From positions 1 through 9,059 of the forward strand of contig NW_021828144.1 of the NCBI RefSeq assembly GCF_006345805.1: a stretch of DNA of 9,059 nt, read 5' to 3'. Made by a program: the position numbers and the translations under genes. The DNA comes from Octopus sinensis (taxonomy: Eukaryota). Within the stretch, counting starts at the first letter, position 1. Each line of letters opens with the position of its first letter. Below, one piece after another: positions 1-8,314 of the stretch. The notes below the pieces were generated by a model. That model was not told the origin of the DNA. It ran no database searches and was given only the letters and a program-made list of their open reading frames with translations.

Positions 1-2
1 AA

Positions 3-2525
3 TCGTGTGTAAAACATCCCCCAAACCAGCAGAACCCCCAGCAACACACGTCTCCACAACAACAACACCAGCATCAGCAAAATAAATCTCAAACACCTCA
101 GAATGATTCTTCATTGCAAACAGATGTACCGTTGTTGTTATTAAGATCTTCATCATTACCCTCATCTCATCCGTCGCAGCCATCTTCTTCCGTCTGTTGT
201 TCCTTAGATAACCGACTCCAATGTCCAGAGCCTATATCTAAACTAAATTCACCTTCTGATGTTGGTTGTAACGAGAATAGTAACGAAGGTGGTTGTGATT
301 TTGCTGGTTGTGAGACAATATCCGATAAACTCAGAATGTCGTCTGTATCGTCTGTTCATAAAAATCATTTATTTAATCCCATGAAGCCGGTTTCGATTGA
401 TACAACATCGTTGTCCTCTTCAAATTCATTAGCTTATTCTTCTATGTCACCATCTCCATCCTCTTCGCCATGCTCACATATCAGTTCTCCTTCTCCAATT
501 AGTCCAACGAATTCCCCTGACCAGTGGGCTTCCACAACGTCGAATTTTAATCGCTATCTACACCAGCAACGTCTACACCAAACGCATCACCGACGCCGTG
601 AAGAGAAAGATAGAAAAGAGAAGATTCACCTAAAACAAGAAGATATGCAATCAACCAAAATGGAAAATAATTCAACGGAGCAGACGATGTCTAAGTTGTC
701 CAATAATCTTCGGACATCCCAGCAGGATATACCAACGTCCTCTTCGCCAAGCATTGAAACAATAGAAACATCTCAGACATCGACATCTGCACCTGATTCT
801 CCGGGTATTCAATGCAGGCTCACAAACAAACAACCGCCGCCATTAAATGATAGATCTGATGAATGTCACTCGAGTCACGTGACACCTCATGCAAGGCATT
901 CTTTTCAGACGACTAACCATCATCGGCTGCTGCAGAAATCGATGGAGGGTGGAAATTGCTTTGAAAATTCTGATAACCTCACGCCGACCAATACTTCCTC
1001 TGAGCAACAACAATTACATGAACAACGACAGCAACCAGATCAACAACAACAGCAACAAATAAAAAATACGAGAAACAATAATATAAATGAAGATAGTTAT
1101 TCTAATGAGAAAATGGACGCCGAAGAAGAAAGTGACGATAGGTTTAATTTACAAAATAAAGTATATCCTGAGCATCGTAGTATGAGTAATAACTTGAACG
1201 GAATTAATGTCGATGGTGCCTTACCTATCTGCCCGACCAGTGCAGACAACGATTCAGAAAATGGTGAAGTAAGAGGTTCTACATTTCAGGCTTCTATGGG
1301 ATATTTCTGCTCAAAGGAAATTAGAACGAATGGGCGAAATATTTCGAAAAGGAGAACTTTGAAAACATTTAGTATTGATAGTATTATAGGTCAAAATACG
1401 GACGAAATAAGTTCTAAAAGTTTCTCTGATCCAATATCGGTTCCTTTCTTGGACTCCATGGATAAAACAGACAGTAGAATTACGAAAGATGACACCTGTA
1501 ACAGTCGTTGCTGGTGTCAAGGTGATATATCCGAAGAACACATGAGACAGGTAAATGGTGATGAGTCTGTGGATCTACAAAGAACATCTTTGGTGGGGCC
1601 AAGACATAAAAGAGATATTGAACAGAAGCAATATGAAGCAATGTTTAATAACGATCATCGTAGTGTTTTAAATTGCAACAGAAACCATGATAGCGATGGT
1701 GTTGATACCACAGACAGTGACGTCAATGATAACAAAAAAGAATGCGATGGCAAAAATAAAAGAAAAGCATGTGGATGCTGTGAAAAGATTCATTGTATCA
1801 GCTCACGATGCTACGAATTGCACATGCATTATCACGTCGATTCTGACAGAAGTAAGTCTTGCAGCCAGGTCAAATCTTCAAGTGCTGCAGAGAGTGCACA
1901 GATGTCCAAGACAAATAATTATGCTAACAGAAAGAATAATGTCAAACAGCTGGACGGAAGTGACCAGGAGACAAACGGAGAGATGAACGTCGATATTAAA
2001 GATAGCAAGACAGATATCTTTGACAAAATCCCAAGTCCACCGCCCAAAATTGTTGATCTAGCTTTATCTAAACCCGTAAGTTTCTCATCGCGGCTGGCCA
2101 CTGAACTAAACAATAACCGGTGCCGAGTGCCGTCTTTTGAATTTGCGTCTGCTTTCTCCATGGCACCCTCAGTACATTTGCCGTTTCATTCAAGCTCAGC
2201 CAACGTGACAAGTAACTCAGCCATGTCGTCACATATGGAACGCTTATTTGCTCTACGAGCATGCCATGCCCCTTTACAACCAAGTTTTAATTTCCAGCCT
2301 CAGAATGCCTTCGGAAACATAACGCCACTTCTGTTCCAGTATTCTACCAGTGCAGCAGCGGCAGCAACAGCAGCAGCAGCAGCAGCGGCCGCGGCAGCAA
2401 CTGCTTCCACCTCCCCGGCTTTGACCAACGGTGCATCGTATCCATTTAGGTTCCCACTTTCACTGGACACTAAAAACTGGTCACTTGGGTCAGATTTTTT
2501 ACGGACAAGCGGTCAACCACTTTAG
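3..2525 (+). CDS. 5'-truncated large coding exon of an eh1-motif, low-complexity transcriptional regulator (DNA-binding domain not in window)
   Basis: The frame is open from nt 3 (SCVKHPPNQQNPQQHTSPQQQHQHQQ...) to TAG at 2523-2525: 841 codons with no stop in AT-rich DNA. The ORF-track start at 114 is only a TTG (Leu). The protein has Q/H-rich, Ser/Pro-rich, polyQ and polyA tracts plus FSIDSIIG, a composition typical of developmental transcription factors. I recognise no homeodomain, forkhead, T-box or zinc finger, so no symbol is given. Confidence 0.9.
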   Translation, partial: SCVKHPPNQQNPQQHTSPQQQHQHQQNKSQTPQNDSSLQTDVPLLLLRSSSLPSSHPSQPSSSVCCSLDNRLQCPEPISKLNSPSDVGCNENSNEGGCDFAGCETISDKLRMSSVSSVHKNHLFNPMKPVSIDTTSLSSSNSLAYSSMSPSPSSSPCSHISSPSPISPTNSPDQWASTTSNFNRYLHQQRLHQTHHRRREEKDRKEKIHLKQEDMQSTKMENNSTEQTMSKLSNNLRTSQQDIPTSSSPSIETIETSQTSTSAPDSPGIQCRLTNKQPPPLNDRSDECHSSHVTPHARHSFQTTNHHRLLQKSMEGGNCFENSDNLTPTNTSSEQQQLHEQRQQPDQQQQQQIKNTRNNNINEDSYSNEKMDAEEESDDRFNLQNKVYPEHRSMSNNLNGINVDGALPICPTSADNDSENGEVRGSTFQASMGYFCSKEIRTNGRNISKRRTLKTFSIDSIIGQNTDEISSKSFSDPISVPFLDSMDKTDSRITKDDTCNSRCWCQGDISEEHMRQVNGDESVDLQRTSLVGPRHKRDIEQKQYEAMFNNDHRSVLNCNRNHDSDGVDTTDSDVNDNKKECDGKNKRKACGCCEKIHCISSRCYELHMHYHVDSDRSKSCSQVKSSSAAESAQMSKTNNYANRKNNVKQLDGSDQETNGEMNVDIKDSKTDIFDKIPSPPPKIVDLALSKPVSFSSRLATELNNNRCRVPSFEFASAFSMAPSVHLPFHSSSANVTSNSAMSSHMERLFALRACHAPLQPSFNFQPQNAFGNITPLLFQYSTSAAAAATAAAAAAAAAATASTSPALTNGASYPFRFPLSLDTKNWSLGSDFLRTSGQPL
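1005..1058 (+). repeat. Coding CAA/CAG tract (QQQLHEQRQQPDQQQQQQ)
   Basis: In-frame CAA-dominated codons; pure Q6 at 1041-1058. Confidence 0.85.
1368..1391 (+). other. eh1 (Engrailed homology 1) Groucho/TLE-binding motif FSIDSIIG
   Basis: TTT AGT ATT GAT AGT ATT ATA GGT, in frame. Matches the established eh1 consensus FS(I/V)xx(I/L)(L/I/M) and is preceded by a basic patch, SKRRTLKT. Confidence 0.8.
2352..2405 (+). repeat. Coding GCN tract, poly-Ala (A5-T-A10-T-A)
   Basis: gca gca gcg gca gca aca gca... in frame near the C-terminus of the ORF. Confidence 0.9.
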
Positions 2526-2597
2526 ACCACAACCTAAAAGAACTTCACTTCATCTGATGAAGACATTATACAGACAGTCGTCATCCAAAACACTTTT

Positions 2598-2723
2598 CTA
2601 TACATATAAATATATATACATACACATCCATACAAATATACATATGTACATAAATACACTACCTATATGTATATATATATATATATGTATGTGTATATAT
2701 ATATATGTATGTACGTATGCATG

Positions 2724-2774
<51 letters not shown>

Positions 2775-2815
2775 ATATATAGGTATATACCTGCACGTAT
2801 ATTTGAACGTATGTT
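2598..2815. repeat. Compound (TA)n/(TATG)n/(CATA)n microsatellite
   Basis: Direct reading; boundaries approximate. Confidence 0.9.
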
Positions 2816-2821
2816 TTGTGT

Positions 2822-2827
2822 ATTAAA
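2822..2827 (+). promoter_or_regulatory. Possible variant polyadenylation signal ATTAAA
   Basis: Lies ~300 nt after the stop, preceded by many TGTA motifs (2750-2812) and followed by a T/C-rich tract (2852-2895). The hexamer is common by chance in AT-rich DNA. Confidence 0.2.
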
Positions 2828-2865
2828 CAAAAACTATTACTAAACTAATTCAAGTCATATCTCCT

Positions 2866-3085
2866 TTTCCCTCTTTGTTTCTCTCTCTCCCTTTCTCTCT
2901 TTCTCAACACACACACACACAGATAATATATATATATAATATATATATATATATATAATATATATATATATATATAATAATATAAATATAAAATAGAGGC
3001 ATACAACATATTATATATAATATATATACATACACAAACACACACATATATATATAAATGTATGTATATGCTAATGCATGTATAT

Positions 3086-3132
<47 letters not shown>

Positions 3133-3145
3133 GTATGTATGTATG
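2866..3145. repeat. Compound (CT)-rich/(CA)n/(TA)n microsatellite
   Basis: Direct reading; boundaries approximate. Confidence 0.85.
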
Positions 3146-3296
3146 TTTTCTACAATGAGTGATTGATAAATGGTATATTTGGTTTTGTATATAAATATAT
3201 ACGCAACTGTCTATACATTTACAAACATGTTTATAAATATACATACACGTTAACATAACGTAAATACAAATAACAAATATTTAAATACGTTCAACC

Positions 3297-3545
3297 ACAC
3301 ATGCATACATACATACATACATACATACATACATACATACATACTACATACATACATACATACACACATACACGCATACATTCATACATACATACATACA
3401 TACATACATACATACATACATCATACATACATACTTACATACATACATACATACATACTTACATACATACATACATACATACATACTTACATCATACATA
3501 CATACATACATACATACATGCATGCATACATACAAACACATACAT
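3297..3545. repeat. (CATA)n tetranucleotide microsatellite, ~250 bp
   Basis: Long near-pure CATA run with a few CTTA variants and 1-nt deletions. Confidence 0.95.
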
Positions 3546-3735
3546 AAATGCACGTGTGGCTGTACAGGCATTAAAACATTCATTGTTATAGCAAAGATAG
3601 AAACATCTGCATATATATATATATGTAAAGATTTCACTTGAAATCAAAACACAACCAGATTTGACACATAAACCATATCACTTATATAATAAGCTAACTA
3701 AACATATCTACGATCGAATCTCACACTGTCCATCC

Positions 3736-4012
3736 AAACATGAAACAATATACCAGTGTCTTCTCATGTTATATAGACATATAATTAGGCTGATATGGAA
3801 CAATTTACCAAAAGTCTAATGATTTCCCTGCAGTATTATGTAACACAGGTGATATGGAACTGTTTACCCAAATCTTTTGACATTCTGTGCTATTGTATCG
3901 CCGCTGATACGGAACAATTTACCGATGTGTTTGACTTTCTGTGGTGTTTATAACACAGTTCACATGGAACAAATTTACCAACTTCTCCACATTTTATGTG
4001 CGGTAGGTAACA
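3736..4012. repeat. Degenerate ~55-bp tandem array, 5 units, conserved core TGATATGGAACAATTTACC
   Basis: Cores at 3736, 3791, 3850, 3905 and 3960 (periods 55, 59, 55, 55). Identity to consensus: 14/19, 19/19, 17/19, 18/19, and 17/19 plus 1 insertion. Confidence 0.8.
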
Positions 4013-4028
4013 TCTTTCTTTTCTATAC

Positions 4029-4274
4029 AATATATATATATGTGTGTATATATATGTATATATATATGTATATGCACTCATGTATATATATATATATATA
4101 TCATATATATATATACATATACATATATATATATATACATATGCATATATGTATATGGATATATACATATATATATATTATATATATAGATAGATAGATA
4201 GATATACACGCATATACATATAAATGGATAATATATAGATATGTATACATAAACATATATATATAGCATATATA

Positions 4275-4323
<49 letters not shown>

Positions 4324-4372
4324 CATATATACATACACATACATATATACATATGTATACATATACATGTGC

Positions 4373-4447
<75 letters not shown>

Positions 4448-4701
4448 GGTATATATAATTATATATATATATATGTATACGTCTCTATGTATGTATCTAT
4501 ATACATGCATGTGCATATATATTATTATATATATATATATATTATATATACACATATATACTCATGTATACATATATATATATTATACATATATGTACAT
4601 ATATATGTATATATGTATATATATATATAGATATAGATACGTATACATATATTATATATATGTATATATATATTATTTGGTATATAATATATATATATAT
4701 A

Positions 4702-4770
<69 letters not shown>
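4029..4770. repeat. ~740-bp compound (TA)n microsatellite with (GATA)n, (TG)n and a pure (TA)32 block
   Basis: (GATA)n at ~4187-4203, (TG)n at ~4421-4447, perfect alternating TA at 4706-4769. Confidence 0.95.
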
Positions 4771-4772
<2 letters not shown>

Positions 4773-4919
4773 GAGAAAAAAGAGAAATGAAGAAATTGAC
4801 ATACAGACATCAGTTTATTTAAAGGTATTCAAATTCTTATAATGAAATTCCAACCCAACAGCCGTTTCCATATCCAATTAGTTCAATTACAGAAATTAAA
4901 TTTAATTTAAATTTTCATG

Positions 4920-5037
4920 TTATATTTATATATGTATAACACATATATGTATATACATATAATATATATATATATGTATGTATGTATTATTATATATATA
5001 TATATAATATAACTATATATGCAAGTATATATATATA

Positions 5038-5086
<49 letters not shown>

Positions 5087-5150
5087 GTATATACACACTT
5101 ATATGTGTGTGTGTTTGCGTGTGTGTGTGTCTGTGTCTGTGTGTGTGTAT
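4920..5150. repeat. Compound (TA)n/(TATG)n/(TG)n microsatellite
   Basis: Direct reading; boundaries approximate. Confidence 0.9.
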
Positions 5151-5316
5151 ACACTTCACTGCAGCCTTTACAGTAATATACATTTTATAGCATTATTTCA
5201 CACATTGAGCTATTTAAGATACTTTATAGTGATGAAAGTTTTCTCTTCCTTTTTATATATATTTTATATATTTTCTTCAAACACTCACTACTTCTGTAGG
5301 TTGTTCTTATAACAGT

Positions 5317-5517
5317 GTATATGTGTGTATGTGTGTGTATGTATTTATGTATGCACGTGTGTATATATATATATATCATTATATACATGCATATGCATAT
5401 ATGTATATGTTCATAAAATATATATATATATTCATACATATATATATATTTTCATGCATATATATATTCATACAAATATATATATATATTCATACATATA
5501 TATACATATATGTGTTT
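5317..5517. repeat. Compound (TG)n/(TA)n/(CATA)n microsatellite
   Basis: Direct reading; boundaries approximate. Confidence 0.85.
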
Positions 5518-6300
5518 ATAAAACTATTTCTGTTGGTGCAGTTGGTAAATATTTTATGAGTCACTTTTGATTTCATCGTCAAAGAGTATAACATTAATAT
5601 AGCAGAACGACCAACATCGAACACATTCTTTTATTGTTTCCATTAGCCATGGTGAGGAGTATACACATAATAACATTCATAATATTTTTGAAACTATCGA
5701 AAGCCTAATTGTATCTTTGATTTTAATACTTTACTGATGGAAACTTTAATCTCACCATTTTTACTGGCATATTATTGTTTTATTTTGTTTTTGTTTGGTT
5801 TTTTTTTGGGGGGGGGTTTGTTTTTTTAGGCAAAAATAAATTTTTTGTCGTTTTCTTCTGTTCAACTTAAACGCAGAACAGAACTAATCGATCATGCAAA
5901 CATTTTGTCTTTTGTAATTTTTATCGTAGGATGGAGATATATTTAATTATTTTTGATTTTAAATTATTTTCTTTTCTTTTATTGTTTCAGAAAAATTCTA
6001 TTAGTATTCACTATTTTGTATATTAGTTCAAAAATCAAGATGTAAAAATTTCAAATTAAATTTATCAAATTTTGGTAATGACTATGTAAGAAGGTTAGAG
6101 TAAGTAACCTCATGTTATTACAGTACTCAAATAAATGGAATCAACATTGAATATTTGCAGCTAAACATCAAAATTGTAAAAGAATATAAAAAAACAATGT
6201 TTTGTAGCGGTGGCGGTTGTGATAAGAAAAATCGATTTTGGCATCAAAGACACATATCAAGCTATTCAAAAACAATTCATCACATCACACCATCTGCAAA

Positions 6301-6353
6301 CTGGTCACTGACACGGCTCCACTGTGGCTCAATGGATCTGTGTCAGTGACCAG
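6301..6353 (+). other. 53-nt inverted repeat / stem-loop
   Basis: CTGGTCACTGACAC (6301-6314) is the exact reverse complement of GTGTCAGTGACCAG (6340-6353). Pairing continues with G-U, G-C, one C/U mismatch and TCCA/TGGA around an 11-nt loop. Confidence 0.85.
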
Positions 6354-6777
6354 ACTACTATCGATGCGACGAAAATTTTTGACACCAAATAATAAATGTT
6401 TAAGCGAATTAGCAATGTATATGTGTGGTTTTTAATTACTAATATGTGTCTTTCAATCTGTAATTGTTTTAGCTTCAACACACAATTTCAGATCAAACCA
6501 CTTGCCCAGCAAAAATACATCTCCAAAAAGATAAATAATTTTTTTTTCCGTCCGATCAACGATGAGGTTACCATATTGCCAATGATTAAATCTTTACTGT
6601 CTCTACGTGGTCTGATAGCATACGGTGCGTAAAATAATTAACCAATGACTGTTGCTGTATTATTGAACCATACAAACTGTCTATGGGAAGAACTTGTAGA
6701 CTTTTTGTATCTATAATGTCCTTTTAATAGAAAAGATTAAAAGCCCCTGTGGCAATAATAAAGAATAAAGATGTTTT

Positions 6778-6818
6778 TATTATTATTATTATTATTATAT
6801 TTTATTATTATTATTATT
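6778..6818. repeat. (TAT)n trinucleotide microsatellite
   Basis: Two TAT runs with a short interruption. Confidence 0.9.
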
Positions 6819-6926
6819 TTGAAATTTTTTCTTTGATACCTGCTGTATTTACACATTTTCCAATGGGAGCCACCTTGACACTCCTACACATTCCAATGTA
6901 ATGCGATTCGCGGTCAAACAACATAA

Positions 6927-6952
6927 TGTGTGTGTGTGTGTGTGTGTGTGTG
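6927..6952. repeat. (TG)13 microsatellite
   Basis: Perfect run just 5' of SINE copy 1. Confidence 0.95.
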
Positions 6953-6972
6953 TTGTATTGTTTATAGGTTTA

Positions 6973-7200
6973 GGTGTGGCTGTGTGGTAAGAAGTTTGCT
7001 TTCCAATCATATAATTCTGGGTTCAGTCCCTTTTCATGTTACCTTGGGCAGGTGTCTTCCGCTATAGCCTCGGGCCAATCAGCTTTGTGATGAATTTGGT
7101 AGACGGAAACTGTAAGAACCTTTCATGTATGTTGTATGCATGCATGTATGTATATATATATTATATATATATATATGTATTATATCTATATATATATAAT

Positions 7201-7231
<31 letters not shown>

Positions 7232-7396
7232 CGTATGTATGTGTGTATGTATGTATGTATTTGTATGTTGGTGTCTGTGTTTGTCCCCCTCCCCACCATC
7301 GATTGGCAACCGATGTTAGTATCTTTACGTTTCGGCAAAAGAGACTGATAGAATGGAGTTCCAGCATGGCCGCAGACAAATGACTGAAACGAAAAA
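6973..7396 (+). mobile_element. tRNA-derived CORE-like SINE, copy 1 (head 6973-7122, internal microsatellite, putative 3' module ~7277-7396)
   Basis: A-box-like TGGCTGTGTGG, B-box-like GGGTTCAGTCCC (7019-7030) and CORE-like ACCTTGGGCAGGTG. The head aligns with two other copies in the window. The 3' module (TTTGTCCCC...GGCAAAAGAGAC...CCAGCATGGCCGCAG...TGACTGAAAC) matches my recollection of an octopus SINE tail, which I could not verify by search. Confidence 0.8.
7123..7270. repeat. (TA)n/(TATG)n microsatellite inside SINE copy 1
   Basis: Direct reading. Confidence 0.85.
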
Positions 7397-7764
7397 TGTA
7401 TGTATGTATGTATATGTGCTGATTTGTATGTTTTGTTTTATGCATGTTTTATCATGCATACACTTGCATATCTAGACATTCACATATATATATATATTAA
7501 AATGATGAACTTCTGGAAAGTTTTACAGATTTTTACAGTGCCAGTGATAGATTGGTTCTGTAATCTTCGAATCAACTTTTTCCTTTCTGGTTTTGAGAAG
7601 CTTAATTTCTCAAGGTTGGTTTTTAGGCAGTGTTTTACATATCCCAGGACTCCAATAATTACAGGTATAACCCGAACTTGCAGTCTGGATAGAGTAATTC
7701 AGTATGTATGTATGTAAACCGGTGGTTCAAAAATTATTGTTGTATCTTTCACTGAAGTTGACTG

Positions 7765-7790
7765 TTTTTTTTTTTTTTTTTGTTTTCTTT
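7765..7790. repeat. T17 homopolymer / polypyrimidine tract
   Basis: T run at 7765-7781, then GTTTTCTTTTATAG. Confidence 0.8.
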
Positions 7791-8219
7791 TATAGTTATA
7801 GCTACGCCTTTGAATCTGCTCACAATTATCTCTCTTCGGAATTTCCCATTAAGGAAGCGTAAAGAGCAAGAAATGCGCGTCTGAGAATCCGCTAGAGGGA
7901 AGCACTGAGCAGATATGTTGTGTTTACACCTTTTACAATCAGAGAGAATTTTTTTTCTCAGCTGTAACTGCTGTAAATTTGCCTCTTGAAGTTTAAATAT
8001 TCCACCAACATTTTAATTAACCTAAAGATCACAATTTATTGTATTTATAAAATCATATTTGCAACCGATGAAGCTCACGTGGAAGTGATCTGATGTTTTT
8101 GATAAAGTTCTATTTGTCTGCCCGCGTTTACCAATAAACTCTGCTGAATTATCCTTATATTTCACATTTTTACGAGTTTTTAAAATTGTGAAACTAATTT
8201 ATAGACACCCTGTACAAGC

Positions 8220-8313
8220 ACTCACACACACACACGCATACACACACACAACACAAACATATATATATGCATGTGTGTGTGTGTGTGTGGTATATATGTA
8301 TATATACATATAT
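8220..8313. repeat. (CA)n/(TG)n/(TA)n microsatellite (tail side of SINE copy 2)
   Basis: Direct reading. Confidence 0.85.
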
Positions 8314-8314
8314 A

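Noticed and set aside
114-116. ORF-track start codon
   Set aside because: It is TTG (Leu). The frame is already open from nt 3, so the true start or exon boundary lies upstream of the window.
2037-2075. Possible CtBP-binding motif in PKIVDLALSK (also PLSLD near the C-terminus)
   Set aside because: Neither matches the PxDLS consensus closely enough to call.
1311-2283. Short antisense and alternate-frame ORFs overlapping the main CDS (1311-1541, 1687-1986, 1919-2161, 2068-2283)
   Set aside because: All are under 100 aa with no motifs, as expected for shadow ORFs of a long coding exon.
3736-4012. CRISPR array interpretation of the 55-bp repeat
   Set aside because: The context is eukaryotic with no cas genes or leader, the cores are short and degenerate, and the linkers resemble one another. 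Reported instead as a tandem array.
4893-4908. Perfect 16-bp palindrome AAATTAAATTTAATTT with nearby TAAT cores
   Set aside because: A/T-only and expected by chance at this base composition.
5790-5830. T-run, G9, T-run then TAG (G-quadruplex or splice acceptor)
   Set aside because: A single G9 run cannot form an intramolecular G4, and no coding exon follows the AG.
6155-6632. ORFs at 6155-6349, 6238-6435 and 6396-6632 as a possible homeobox or second exon
   Set aside because: No WFQNRR or other domain signature; short, with non-ATG or weak starts.
6973-7045. tRNA gene
   Set aside because: It has A/B-box-like motifs but no cloverleaf and continues into SINE body sequence shared with the other copies.
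8061-8081. GCAACCGATG (also at ~7306 in the SINE 3' module) and a CACGTG E-box
   Set aside because: A single 10-mer match and a single hexamer are not significant without further alignment.
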